Origin: Somniosus microcephalus
Taxonomy: Eukaryota
NCBI GenBank assembly: GCA_052327205.1
Contig: CM126218.1
Location: 58,962,001-59,026,000 of the forward strand
Direction: 5' to 3'
DNA: 64,000 bases
The notes beneath the pieces are model-generated. The model worked only from the letters and a program-made list of their open reading frames with translations, was not told the DNA's origin and ran no database searches. A program made the position numbers and the translations under genes. This document shows positions 11,064 to 24,999 of this stretch, in pieces (position 1 is the first letter of the stretch; each line of letters begins with the position of its first letter).

Positions 11064-11665
11064 TAATAAGAACATAAGAAGTAGGAGCAGGAGTTGGCCA
11101 TTCGGCCCTTCGAGCCTGCTCCGCCATTCAATAGGATCATGGCTGATCCGAACCTAAACTCACATCCACTTCCCTGCCTGCTCCCCGCAACCCCTAATTC
11201 CCTTATCAGCTAGGAAACGGTCTATCTCCGTTTTAAATTTATTTAATGTCGCAGCTTCCACAGCTCACTGAGGTAGCAAATTCCATAGATTTACTACCCT
11301 CTGAGTGAAGAAGTTTCTCCTCATCTCAGTTTTGAAAGGGCAGCCCCTTATTCTAAGATTATGCCCCCTAGTTCTAGTCTCACCCATCAGTGGAAACATC
11401 CTCCCCACATCCACCCGATCAAGCCCCCTCACAATCTTATATGTTTCGATAAGATCGCCTCTCATTCTTCTGAATTCCAATGAGTAGAGTCCCAACCTAC
11501 TCAACCTTTCCTCATAAGTCAACCCCCTCATCTCCGGAATCAACAGAGTGAACCTTCTCTGAACTGCCTCGAGAGCAAGTATATCTTTTCTTAATTATGG
11601 AAACTAAAACTGTACGCAGTATTCCAGGTGTGGCCTCACCAGTACCCTGTATAACTGAAGCAAGT
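11064..11665 (-). mobile_element. CR1 LINE 3' fragment
   Basis: Minus-strand translation LGLYSLEFRRMRGDLIETYKI; CR1 3'UTR and (TAAGAACA) tail. Confidence 0.92.
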
Positions 11666-12639
11666 CCTGTTCAATCTCTATATCCCATTTGGATTCTCTG
11701 CTTGACTCAACTCCATTCCAGCCTCTTCCTTACCTGACAACCACCAAACCTGGCACCTGTCTGCCCACCCAACCTTGAATGGCATCTGGTGTAGCATCCA
11801 GCCTCCCCTCCATCACTCCCTGGCTGACAGCCTCCAGCCCAACTTATGTTTTTTTCTTGCCCATTTTTCTCCCAGTGCTAGGAAATGAGGCGCCTGGGGC
11901 AAGTGAGTTTTTATTGTGTGTTCCTTCAGACATCACAGCTGTGTTCCAGAAAGAGATACATAAAGAGAGGAGAGAAAATCTGGGAGAGACAGAGAGAGAA
12001 GACACAAGGTATACAGAAAAGAGAACTGACAAAGGGTGGGGGTGGGGGGATGGATTTCTACAAAGAAGGAGGTAGCTACGGTAAACTACCTCTTTCGTAT
12101 GGTAGTAGCAAAAAAACAAATTAAATATCAATATTGAAGTCAGATATCCAGGTCAAAGCTTCCAGTGCAACAGCATGGATATCTTGTAGACTGCCTGCGA
12201 ATTTCCTGAGGGCAGTGCTCAATGATGTGCTCCAGGGTCTGATTAGGAGCTCCACAGTCACATGATGGGGATGCTTTAATCTTCCATCTATGGAGAAGGT
12301 GGCAGCATCTACCATGACCTGTTCTGCGGCGGCTGATGGTTGTCCACTGTTTGTGAGAAAGGTTTGATCAGGTTGTACTGTGGGCTCCTCTATAAAGAAT
12401 TGCAGTTCTTCCAAGCATTTCCCGGTGAGAGTAGTAGCTAAGGTAAAGAGGTCACCTTGTCCCTTTCCGGAACTAGGAATGACTGTGGTGATGATAATGA
12501 TTGCGTTTTAAACAGTAGGTGAGCTAAATACAGTCAGTAGTCATCTCGTTCCCAGGAACTTATTAATTACAATAAAGGATAGGTATTTCCAGCCAACTTT
12601 ATTTGCATCAAAACAAATTTAAAAAAACCTGTTAGAGTG

Positions 12640-12930
12640 TAGGAGACTGTGTGGCTTCTGCTCTCCTTTCCATCTCCCTCCTCCTGCTCCAAATTCAATA
12701 GCAGAGCCTTCAGCCATTTTCCCCCTCCACTGTGGAACTTTCCTAAACCCCTCCATCTTGTTACCTCTGTCCCTACTTACAAAAGTCTCTTCAAATCCTA
12801 CTTCCTCAACCATGCTTTCAACTACTTCCACTAAATCTTCTCCTATTACAGCTCAGCATCTGTTCTTGCATCTTGGGATGCTTTACTACATTAAAAAGGT
12901 ACTAGGTAAATGCAATATGCTGTTGTTGAT
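12640..12930 (+). mobile_element. Degenerate L2 LINE 3' end
   Basis: gcagagccttcagc...ctgtggaact...cctaaacc resembles the L2 3' region at 58500-58760. Confidence 0.6.
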
Positions 12931-13849
12931 GGATGGAACGCATTGTACATGCATGTCTAGGTCAGACAATTATTAAGTGAGATTTCATGAAAAAACAAAA
13001 AGACTGATTTTAGTCCTATGAAATAAACATTGTTTAAACAATCCTTTTTTTCCCCCTCAGTAAGTTCAAAAGAAAGTGTATTTTTCTTCCTCCTCACAAA
13101 CTCAGTCAGATTTGATGGGTCTGCTTTTACTTCTGGGACCAGCTTTAAATCCAGCGAGACTAATGGGTTTAAAATCTCCATACCAGGCCCTTGTAACAAT
13201 CCTATATGAAACTTGTCTGGACAGTCTCGAGACACTTTCTAGCAGTTGCCACAGCACAAAATTTGCAATTTTACTTAGACAGGCTACAAGGGTAGCTGAT
13301 GGGGAAGAGCAAAGGTTCACATGGGTACAGTGAAGCTACAAGCCAAGATTTTCCAATCGTTTGGCAGGGGATGTGATTGGAAGTTAGGGAGGAGATCGTG
13401 CTCACCAGATCGCCGCCCTTAATGCAATTGATTGGCTTTTCTTGGGGGTGGGGTTGGGGGAGGGGCAAGAAGCTCTCACGAAAAAACTGGCAAGATGTTC
13501 ATTTAAAGATAACAACATTTAAATATATGTTAATGACTGCATGCATGATTCATGTAGAAATGTGACATGCACTCATCTTGTCCATATAAAATTGGTGTTC
13601 AAGGTTACATGTTGACAGGATGTTAGCATTTAAAGGGCAGAATTTGTTAGTTTGATATTTGGAGCCTATGGGAGAAAAATATTGCAGATGCTTTTTGAAT
13701 TCACTATATTTTCATATTGTTTACACTATGAATTCTGGCACTGCAAGTTTCAGTTGCTGCAATTTAAATTAGGTCCATGAAGGAATTCCTTTATATTTGG
13801 ATCAAGAGGAAAAAAGGGATGCCAGGCAAGTGAGGATATGCCAGAGGAA

Positions 13850-14600
13850 GACAGACTACACCCAACATTAACCTAGAACCCCAGCATAAAGGCAGAAGTT
13901 CATTTACCTGGATTTCAGTGAAATTCTGTCTTTGTAGACTGTGATTCACCAAGGAGGCTGTGACAGACGGTGCCGCATGCTGGATAATGGTTTTCAAAGT
14001 CACCACAACCTCAGGCTCCTTCTAGGGTGCTACAGCAGGCATTTTTAGCAGCATCCTATTCAGAGTACATGTATTAAGCAGGTCATGCCTTGTTTGGCAG
14101 AACAAGCAACTAAATCACAGTTCTCAGACAACTGGCAACACACGAGAAGGCACAGTAATTTTTTTCAAAAGGCAAAATTCTTCAAAGTGCAGGGTGCCAT
14201 TAATGGTATCCATGTGGCCCCATGAGCTCCAGTCTGCAGTAGCTGCACATTTATGGACTACAATGGCAGCTTGTCTGTGACCATCAGCATAGGATCATGC
14301 ACGTCAATGCCCATTCCCAGACAGCAGTCGTGATGTGATTATTTTAAGGAAATCCATCATGCCCCCGTTATTTAACCCAAGTAGAGTGCAATGTTGGTTT
14401 CTTGGAGACCAAGGCTATTCTGAAGCGCTGACACCTTTCTGACAGCTGTGAAAAGCTGCAAAGTATAGATACAATGAGGTACAACTACAAAAATCATTAC
14501 CAAACATATTATAGCCATGTTGAAGCAGCACTTCAGATACCTTTACAGATCTAGGGTGCCTGAGAATTTAGCTCAGCCAAAGTCTCCAGAGTCTGGAGAA
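13850..14600 (+). mobile_element. PIF/Harbinger transposase relic (HARBI1-like), pseudogenised
   Basis: Fragments in order: YLDFSE, FTKEAVT, KVT..SGSF, KVQGAINGIHVA, QLVCDHQHRIMHVNA, WFLGDQGY, LKQHFRYL, with stops and frameshifts. Confidence 0.8.
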
Positions 14601-14634
14601 TTAGCTCAGCCAAAGTCTCCAGAGTCTGGAGAAT
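14562..14634. repeat. 33-bp tandem duplication containing an 8-bp palindrome
   Basis: GAGAATTAGCTCAGCCAAAGTCTCCAGAGTCTG x2; TCTCCAGA-G-TCTGGAGA. Confidence 0.85.
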
Positions 14635-14944
14635 AAACACAGGGTTATCACTAGATTCATTTTTCACACAGATGCTATTAGAACAAGGAATACTTTACCA
14701 CAAAGGCCTATTGAGGTAAAGACTATAACATCATTTGAAATTAAATTGGATAATCATTTGAAAAATAATTTAAAAGGTTATGGAAAAGGGCAGCTCAAGT
14801 TGAAGAGATAGCATTAGCACAATGGCAAAGGGCTGCAGGGCCTCCTTTTGTGGTGCAATTTCTATGATTCAGGTGCAGATTCAGACTTGCGTAGGGAGCA
14901 CACTATTGGTTGGAGCAGAAAATTGCAGCTAATTGAAGGTTAAA

Positions 14945-15345
14945 AAGACTTGCATTTATATAGTGCCTTTCACGACCACTGGATGTCTCAAAGCGCTTTA
15001 CAGCCAATGAAGTATTTTTTGAAGTGGAGTCACTGTTGTAATGTGGGAAACGTGGCAGCCAATTTGCACACAGCAAGGTCCCACAAATAGTAATGTGATA
15101 ATGACCAGATAATCTGTTTTTATTGTTATGCTGGTTGAGGGATAAATATTGGCCAGGACACCGGGGATAGCTCCCCTGCTCTTCTTCGAAATAGTGCCAT
15201 GGGATCTTTTACGTCCACCCTGAGAGAGCAGACGGGGGCCTCGGTTTAACGTCTCATCCGAAAGATGGCACCTCCGACAGTGCAGCACTCCCTCAGCACT
15301 GCACTGGAGTGTCAGCCTAGCTTTATGTGCTCAAGTCCCTGGGAT
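14945..15345 (-). mobile_element. Deu-domain SINE (SacSINE1/AmnSINE1-like)
   Basis: Deu-like core gcactgtcggaggtgccatctttcggatgagacgttaaaccgagg on the minus strand; L2-type tail. Confidence 0.8.
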
Positions 15346-18300
15346 GAGTTAAAGGGGTGAGGCAATTAAAGCGGAGTGCCTTCAGTAGCTTACCACCACC
15401 AGGCAACTATGGGCAGAATGCCAGAAGGGAGTAAATGGTGTGCAGAACGGACGCACCCCAAATTAGTATTCAAATAAAGCACCAGCCTGTTTGAGGTAGA
15501 TGCTTCTACCATAGCTGGTCCTGCCTACCAGAAAATACACTGGAGTGCAAGCGGGCAGAGTTCCAGTGGAAATGATTTCCGCCTGCTTTCCAATACCAGC
15601 TGCTATTATGTTTTGTTTTGTTCCTGCTACCAAAGTAACTACATTTCTCCCCTGAACCAGTTGAAAAAGTGTGTTGACAATTTCAATAATAGCAAAAAAA
15701 TGTCAGCTTTATAAAGTGCAAGACTATTTATAGATACAAAATGCATAACTTTTTTAGATTTATGGAATGTGTGGTTCCTGAATCCACATTGATACAGTGA
15801 GTACCATACAAGGCTCCCATCATTAGATTTCAAATCAAAGTTCAATTTGTAAATCTCATTCTCCAAGCACCTGGCTAGTTCATAGACAATTATTTCTATA
15901 CATGTTTTAAATGAGAATAAAACAGGAACTTTTATAATTCTAACAGAGCATGATTTGTGATTTAACACAATATGAACTTCTTGGTCCACACTCAAGTGAA
16001 ACAGTTTGCTTTCAGGAGTAAGAAGCGGCCTGCACAAAGACATTTCCACTCTCACTTCGTCACACCTGTCAACCCATTTCTAGAGATGAAGCAGTTTGCT
16101 GATACAGGGATAGTATTATAGGACACATTAAATGATCATACGCGAGAACCCTTTCTTCAGCAAATACATTCGACTTCAAGAGCTAATTTTTCCATTTAAT
16201 ATGAGCTTTCAGACGGAGAAGACAATGCTAAGAAAACCAGTATTTTTTCTTCAATAAATTACGTCAAGATTTTTGATGAGGTTAAGCAGAAATATCCAAC
16301 CCTAGTCATAAGATATTGGTGGCTCAGTGTCAAGACTGCATCAGAGTAAGCGTTTGAAATCTTTTGTTTTACCTTTTAATCTTTCCATTTTATAACTCTA
16401 ATGTATTTTATTTGTTTTTATTCAATAAAAAGGTATCATTCATCTGATTATTCCAAGTCCATCATACATATTTTCACTATGCAAGCACTGATTTGACAAA
16501 AGTGAAGGCAACAGAGGAATATGTAACCAATGATAGTGAATTAGAGTTTAGCAATACGTTTCCATAAGTATAAACTTGAAATGAAAATTGGAACACCATG
16601 TTTATCCGTGAAACATCAATCTTAACTTTTGCAAAGTGTTTGTCCCGTGGCCAGTAAAATTACCAATCACACTCGCAAAACAAAATATCCAGCAATCAAC
16701 TGTTAATTTAAATATGTTAAACAAGTGACCTGACCTCATGGACTCTGAGAAACTGATCACAAAATGAATATTTTTGTATTTTGACAAGTAATCATTTTTA
16801 TACTGTTATGTATAAAACAAGTTTTTTTAATGTTCCGTTATTATGGCTTAAATATTATGGATTTGTGCAGAGGCAGAGTGGTCAAAGTCAGCCAGTGGCA
16901 TGGAAGTTGTTAAATACAATGGATCAAAGCATAACAGTACAATGGGTTCTATGATCACTTTGACAGTAAAATATGTTGATACTGTAGGTGGCCAAGTCCA
17001 GGGCAAACAGTCAAGTCCAAACTAGCTGTCTGGCTTTGGTTTATTTAGGATGCGAGAACAGTATTGCTACTTCCTTCTCACAAGATGTCGGTAGTTTATG
17101 CTGTAACAATTGCGTTACAGAATATTTAGAAATTAAGCACAAGATCTTTTGCTTTATACTCTCATTTATTTTCAATTTTTTTCTCCCTTTCAATGCCATA
17201 CATATCATCTATAGCAGAGATGCAGAGCTGGAAGTACACTGCTCTTAGACATCCCCAATATCATTAGTAGCTGATTGCCAATAGCCTCGCCATAGTGGCC
17301 AGGAGTTGACTTTTCCTCCAATATCCGTCCTTCCTACAAAGCAACACTTGGTATCCACTGCCACTCTTCATTAGTGAGATAATTCAGATTGGGAACTCGA
17401 TGGAGTGGAGACTCAAATCTGCACTCCACAATGCTGCATGCCAATGTTACAAGCTATTCTATCAGACTACTTGAGGTGGTCATATTTTTGGTTTAAAAAA
17501 AGTGGATGAAAAGCAGGCCGTTTGATTTAATTCCTTTGTGTGATATGTCTAGCACAAAACATAGCAAAATTGAGATTTTCAAAGAGCATTTAGATAGCAC
17601 ATTGAAATTAGTGCATTAATGAATTATCTTGTTCTCCCTACCATTTCCCCACATAGTTAGCTCTCTATCTCAGCCAGGCTGAGGAAGGCACTAAGTGGAA
17701 GGAATCTGCTTCTGGGGGAAATAGGGAAAATCACTAGGCGAGTCCGTTTCTTACACACGCTCAATTCAAGAGCCACTGGTAGAGGTTTGAGAACAGGTCA
17801 TGTTCCAGGGCTTTTGGTTGGAACATACTATGTAAACACAACTGCCCCCCCCCCACCAATGTTCAAATTTTTGAGTGGCAATATAGTTAGAACTGCTGAT
17901 CCAGTGTGAGGAAAGCAAGTAGAAGCAATTCCTTTAAACATTTATTGTTCTCTATTGAGTTCTGAAATAAAATGTCTGTTAAAACCTTTATTTCAGCATT
18001 TCACTTGTTTAATCCCAGAATTACAAAAATTTAAAAGGCAAAAAGCTTCAATAATCAACTTGATTCCTTAATCATACACCACAGTAGAAACAATTATAGA
18101 CAGCAACCTTTTAAATCTAATTATTGAATTCAGGTCTGAATGGCTGCCTTTACAAAACAGTAGTCAACATATCTATTTTATGTTTAGGTGAGTTGAAGTG
18201 TTAAGAAGCTAATTTGTACCCTATAACTGTGTAAAAGGTAACACAATGCCTTTTGCATTTTAATTCTGACTTGCGGTGTCAAACTAGGCACCTGACTTGG

Positions 18301-19838
18301 CTCAATCTCAAAGGTCTGGCTTCCTTGCCTACATCAATATTAGAAAAAGATGAACCAACAGCTATAACATTTCAATCCTTCATTAAAAAGTTTTTACAAA
18401 GCCAATCTCTCTTAACTTTATAACAGTAAGCATCCTGAATGCTAATAAACTGAATCTGGATTCATTTACTGACGAGAATGACCTTCACTACTTAGCTGCA
18501 GATTGGTTGATTTGTAAGTAATAGGACATTTAGCCTCATTAGCTATTCCCAAAATAAACCACGGTCCAGGTGTCATTATTATTTGTTCTCTTAGTGACCA
18601 GACTACATTGTGAGGATTGCACAATCATCCGTAATGCGCTCTATGCGTTGCATATTCTGTCTATAATTTAATAGTACTGAAACGCTAATTGAATACGAAA
18701 CTAAACATGCCTGCATGTTTTAAAATAATATATTACAACCTTACAGGAAAAGTGCAGTACATTCATCTTACAGCTGTTTCCCACTAATTAGTCCCAGTGG
18801 ATGAACAATTGCCAGTACTTGAATTGAATTGGTTAAATAGCATGCTTGAATACAAATACGTCACCTGATTCCATCATATTAGGGCAACCAGTCTGGAACG
18901 AAGGGGACATTTCTTTTTTTTGTAGGATTATACTTTAAAACTTAAAGCACCGTACCTTCTACTTTCATTAAAATTACTTCAAAGAGCTTAACATATTCAT
19001 TTTCAGTATAATTATTTAATTTTTCCTTTTGGAGATTGCCGGAATCTCCTGTGCTGATAAAAGATTGACACTTTTGCTTCCTACTGCTCAAGTCAAGCTG
19101 TTTTTTTCCATGTTAATTCAACCCCACGCAAGGCTGACCTGAACTCTCACTTTTGGCTTACAGGGAACAGTCTGCTGTAGTTCACACATGTACAGTGGAG
19201 ATACTGTGCTGGGCATTCCGCTATCATCTGCCTGACTGTGAATACAGCCCACAGGATAGAAATGACCCGTGAGTGCACTGTATGCTCGCACATCGGAAAT
19301 GTATCCACTTTATTTTAAAACGTAGACTGGTCTGGGACTGACAGCTGTCCCAGCAAAAGGTTTTTACACTTGAGTTGAGCCCACACACAAAGCCTACTCA
19401 GGCCTGCCAGCTTAGTTTAATACACCCCAGCTCCAGTACAGACTCTTTGAAGGACAGAGATTTAGGAATAGAAAGGGAATGGTTCACAACAAAGGAGGAA
19501 ACCCCAAAGGATTCATTTGTCTTCATAACTCATATCAGCAAGCATGCGGACGGTCAAATAAATCATGTTAATATGGTTCCATTTTTAACCTTGCTCTTAA
19601 TGTAAACATTAAAATATGAAACACTCCGGTGGCTCGCAAAAACAAAGAACTGCTTCTTTTAAATATGCAGACTTTAACCAGATGCATGTCAATTTTATAA
19701 TAGATATGTATTTCCACACATCATATCATGTGAAAGAACTACACTTGTTTCACCCAGAAACAAATTGTTACACTATTATGTTAATCTAGACACTAAAACC
19801 CATAAGCAACATCCCTTTAAATACAAAAAGTGACCTAC

Positions 19839-20067
19839 CATGATATTCTTGACCAGGGACATAATATCCTGGGTTTCCCGCAATATGAAGCGACATCAAC
19901 ACCTCTCCCTGTTCTCCATCGCCCTCCAGTTCTCCATGGTGGGTACAAAGGAAAAAGAATGGGGCAAACCTTGGGTAAAACCCCACTGACCCGTATACAA
20001 AATCTGGCAAGAATATTCCAACCAGAAAGAGCAAAGTCCAAGAGTTAAAGCATTGCTTTTTATCCAT
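19839..20067 (-). CDS. RELN: Reelin, first coding exon (signal peptide and start of reeler domain)
   Basis: [17 protein letters not shown]...[46 protein letters not shown] matches the vertebrate reelin N-terminus. Phase-1 donor G|GTAGGT at 19839/19838. Confidence 0.97.
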
Positions 20068-20700
20068 ATCTCGATCCTCTTCGTATTCCGTTCTGCTGGG
20101 AACCCGGTTCTTGTGAATGAGAGTATTTTTTTTGCTGTATTAAAGAGATTACAAGTTTAATGTCAGGGAGCTGCTGTTGGGAAAGTCATAAGCCAGGAAC
20201 TGTAGGAACTGCCAGCTGTCAGCTGTTTCTACTGCATTCTAATACATCAGCTCCATAAGCTGCAATACAGCTTTCAAACACGTCTTCCTCAGAGCATATT
20301 CTGTTCCACTTTCCAGCCCCCTCCCACGTGCCTCAAGGCGTGTCTTTTTTTCTTAACTTTGTTTTAGGAGGGCAAACGCCTTCCCTTCAGTCAGAACACT
20401 GACTAAAACTGGAAGCTGATCAGGCATAAAATGCAGTGACTGGAAATAATTTATTTCCCCTGCTGCTTTTACTGGAGTGCTGAAAAACTCCACCTTCTCA
20501 GATTAACATCAGACAGAGGAAGCCATTCCTCACCCATTCTCTCTGACTGTCCATAGCTGGAAATCTCTTATTTACGCCTTGTCTTGTTACTAAATAGACA
20601 AATGACAAAATCTGAAGAGCAAACGGCAAGCATTGTTAGTCCAATGGCATACACTGAAAGGCAGCTTAAATGCTGTTTCAGTTCTGAAGTGCTGACCACC
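20068..20700 (-). promoter_or_regulatory. Probable RELN 5'UTR and proximal promoter
   Basis: Directly upstream of the ATG and free of recognisable repeats; GGGAGGGGG and CACGTG motifs near 20315-20330. TSS cannot be located from sequence alone. Confidence 0.5.
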
Positions 20701-23700
20701 AAAGACCTTTTTCAACATAATTAATGGTTTAATTTCACCTTTGTAAAAAATCTGCAGTGTGCTTCATGCACAATTGTCAAAAAGCTCTCGAAAGTCCAGG
20801 CTTTGCACAGGGCACTTACAACAGATTAAACTGTTCTCTGTGGTAGCAAATGTGGACATTTAAAAAAAAATTACTAACTTCTCTTGTTATTAGGACTACT
20901 AGCTTTTCTAGATTAAATATTAAACTACCAAACTCATCATAAAATGATGCAAATATTAACCCTTAAGTTCCTTCCTGAACCATTACAATAGCAATACAAT
21001 TATACAACATTGTGATCATACAAATGACCTACATGGAGACATCAAATGCAAGTCTTATCTTCCGTCTCAACATTAGCTCAGCAAATACAACAACACAACC
21101 AGCGGACACCGAGCATTAGAAAAGGAATTCTTTGTTGATCTCATGGGCATAATATTTTGGATGAAAACACAAGGTCACGAATTAAAGCATTAAAGTTCTA
21201 TACAGTATAGGCTTTGCCACTAGACCGCAAGCCCTATGGTAGCTTGAATTAAACTACTTAACGGCAGAGTCTCTGATTAATCATTAAGTTCACCTCTTAT
21301 TTAGTTTCTTCAGAGCTAGGTTTAGCATAAGTACCTGCAGAGGAAGAGTTTAGATTTTTGTAATTAGTGAGCTCAAAACAGCAGCCTAGAAGTTGACAAA
21401 TGGATTTTAAGTTCAGCTACTTTGATGCGTTCCATGTGGGTGGTGAGTGGGGGGGTGTGCGTCAATGTTATGATAATTATTAATGCCATGTCAACAGAAC
21501 TTTAACCTCACAGCAAGTAAGTTTACCCAAGTACCAGTGCACATTTCAGTCAACTTTTTTAGCATAGCTGAATCATTCATATCAGCTTCCTTAGAGAAAA
21601 TATCTGATAACTTGCATCTCGATTTCAAAGTTGGATTAGGCTGGACAGACAGCTCTTACATACACGGTAGTTAACGTTTTGTTTGCTGTAGAATAAAGAC
21701 ATTTGAAAAAGCACCTTTGAAGTTGTTTTGTAATCTTATTTTTTTGAAGTAGCAATTAACCAAAAAAGCAGAGAGTGTTCTTTGTTTGTATGCTTTCTCC
21801 AGTCCACCTAACTAAATCAAAGACATTTAACCATTTCATTGGCCTAATATTTCCCCTCCACCTACGCAGAAGATCCTAAATGAGTCTCCAATCTACTGTA
21901 TTCTCTTCATGAAATCATGTGAAAGATGCTGCAGAATGTATGGGCATTTAACTGGAGGAAGACCAATTAGCTGAACATTTCTATTAACTGGTATAAACTG
22001 CAGTAGGACTTGGTGCTATTTTACATTAGAAACTGATCAGATATGGATTCAATTAAAGATCTCTCAGTAAAACAGGATTAATTATATTGGGCAAAAACAC
22101 TCGTTGATTCAGTTGCCTAATAAAAGTGTTTTTGTTTGTTTCCATTCATTTGTTTAAAGTTACAACCCAATTGACAACTCTTAGGCTATATTTTATATCT
22201 GTGTGCAAGTTAAAGAAAAATAATTTTACTAAACTATTTTAAACCAATTATTTGAAAAAATAATTTTAACCATAGAGGACAGTAAACCCCTTGATGTTTG
22301 CTAACTGTACTTAGAGGTCTGTCTGACAGGGAGATTGACTAACTTGTTTCTGACAAGTGTCATCACATAAGCATTGTTCACTTTGAGGGCGACTGATGGC
22401 ATAATGATTGTGGGTCTAGAGAAGCAATCTTGTAAGCATAGCACTAGGAATAGCCAACTTGTTGGGATATAAACTGGGCTGCTATCAACCATAGCATAAT
22501 TGTCGACAGGGATGTAGAAGTTCTAGAAACTGAAATGTATTAGATAGAGAAACTTGAAATCTGTATCGCCTTCATGTACATCTGCAACAACACTGCTCTT
22601 CCAGTTCAGACCACCAGTTTCAACTGTAGATACTTCAGGCACTGCATATATATAATATATATATATATTCCTTCCAAGTCCCTATACCAAATGTTATATA
22701 GATTTGGCTAGGCATACTCGCCACTACCATATAGCAATTTTAATACTGGTTGGCTTTCCTAGCTTTACCTTTGTCTGCTTGTGCATCCTTTATTATTCTG
22801 CCCTACTTCTAGTCCAGTTTACTCTGTGCTTAGTCTGAAAAAAAATTGTTTTAAAATCCTCACAACTTTGTAAACAAATGGACTACAAACTATGTAAAAA
22901 CAGAGTTAATAGCTAGATAAATGAATGCAAGTAACATTGTAGACAGGCATCCCATTTTACCTATTAATAGTTACGAATAAAACTTTGAGGAATAGCAGCT
23001 AACAATTTATGTTTCTCAAAGCCCATTTGACATATAGCTTTGTCAAATAAACTCAGTACAAATAGAAACTATTCTTTATTGCCAGTGTGATTCCTGTCCA
23101 TTTACCATAATTAAATCAAGCATTGCCAGGACCAAAACAAAGATAGAAACCGCATTTATGCTTCTTGTAAGCACTGCTCAAATTAACATTCTGTCCTAAG
23201 CAGGAATGATCAACATTTGTCACAAGATAGTTGTAAAATTACAAGAAATTTACCTACAAGATTCATGATAGTTTAAAAATTATATATACGCACCATACTG
23301 GGCTCAGCACTGACGGGTGCTCTGGCTCATGGCAAGCATGGGAATCTACAGAATTTGGGGGGAAAAAATGCAGCTCATTCAACCAAGCTTTACCCTGCCT
23401 CCCATGAGACAGTTTTGACAACAGACCTTCATTAACTCTTGCATTGCATGACTTGGAATGACATTCCCAGAGCTGAGCATTTTTGACATGTTGAAAAATG
23501 ATTAAGTACCCAAAGAATACTGATGCCTCTCACTTTAATTCAATTATTTGAATGTGCTATTATCTGGTGTCTACAATATGCTGTAAATGGTACAAGATTT
23601 AAACTGGATTATGATCTAGAATTGATGCTGCTAGGCAAAAATAATGCAAATATCCTAAATACACTGATAATATATTTACTAACATTTGCATTTAATAAAG

Positions 23701-24314
23701 AGATATGGAACTTATGAATGTTATAAGTACATCCCTTTACTTATTTATACAAGATGTTTGATGTTTAAATCTTGTGTAATAGGCAGCCAACAATTCAAAC
23801 AGGAGAGAGACATCTTGCAGCATCTAACTCTTCCCTGGGGCACACTTGTACGTGATTAAGAAATTTGAGATCATCATGCATAATACTTCAGCGTGAACCA
23901 AATTTTCAGGTCAAGAGTAAATACAGGCCAAATAAATAGGTTTCAATACCTCCTTAGATTTGTAATCTAGAACTCTAGTAGAGCGCCTACTGCAGGAATG
24001 TTCAGTTGGATATTTGCTTGTTGACATGGACCCACAATTACATATAGCTCATATACTGAAGGTCTATTTCACCACATGCATCTACCCTTTAGTAGCACTA
24101 ACTGACTTATAGCCTCTTGTGAGAATGTAGACTTTTCTTTGTGTTACATTTACAAAATGCAGTACAACACAATAAATTCTCTCTGCATTTGCCAAAATTG
24201 ACAACTGGGTGCATAACTTCTGTTGATCCTCAGAGAAGAAACAATTATTTTCTGAAGTGAGTGGAAGGATGAAGCAATTGAAATTAGATATTTATTACAT
24301 CATTTAAAAAAAAT

Positions 24315-24565
24315 TCATTCTCGGGATGTGGGCATCGCTGTCAAGGTTGGCATTTCTTGCCCAACTCTTGTCACCCTGATACAGCTATGTGGCTTGGTAG
24401 TGGCAGTTAAGAGTCACTCACGTTGGTGTGGAGTCACAAATAGACCAGACCAGGTAAGGATGGCCGATTTCCTTCCCTCAAGGACATTAGTGAACCAGTT
24501 GGGTTTTTACGACAATCCGACAGCTTCAAGGTCACTTCTTGATACCAGCTTTTATTTCCAGATTT
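24315..24565 (-). mobile_element. SINE-like element sharing its 3' tail with the YKAQVRS LINE family
   Basis: gggatgtgggcatcgctg is the reverse complement of the LINE end at about 57035-57055; the body is non-coding. Confidence 0.6.
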
Positions 24566-24999
24566 ATATATCAATCAACATTTGTAGCCCATTTATGTCC
24601 AATAACATTAGCAATGATGATTTATTCAAAAGCTACTTATAAAAGGGCTATCTTTATATTTAACAATGCATCAAAAATGATGAATTAATATACAGTAAAT
24701 GTTCACTTACTACATAGTGTTGAGCATTAGTCCACCCTGTACTGAGAGCAGTTCAAAGACAAATAGCTCAATCGCATGTTGCTCACAAAAATAACTGAAG
24801 TCCCAAAGGACACATTGCTTAATTTGATCACAGCGACTTTTTCATCTGCACAGTATACACATTCATACAGCATACATTCGTTAATTTCTTACCACTGGAT
24901 GCATAGGCTATAAAACCAGCAAGCGCAGTTAAACAGACAGGTAGTGATACTGTGCAAGCCATGTTGAAATGAGTGCTCTGATCAGGTCACACATTGATT

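Noticed and set aside
12121-12414. 97-aa minus-strand ORF as an exon or transposon accessory protein
   Set aside because: No recognisable motif or homology.
14562-14634. CRISPR-like palindromic repeat
   Set aside because: Only two adjacent units with no spacers, in eukaryotic DNA.
19786-19838. C-terminal tail of the 93-aa ORF (GRSLFVFKG...)
   Set aside because: Read-through into the intron past the GTAGGT donor; reelin similarity stops at QEYH.
1-19838. RELN exon 2 (TISTSTFFDGLLVTGLY...)
   Set aside because: Not found by eye; it probably lies beyond the window start.
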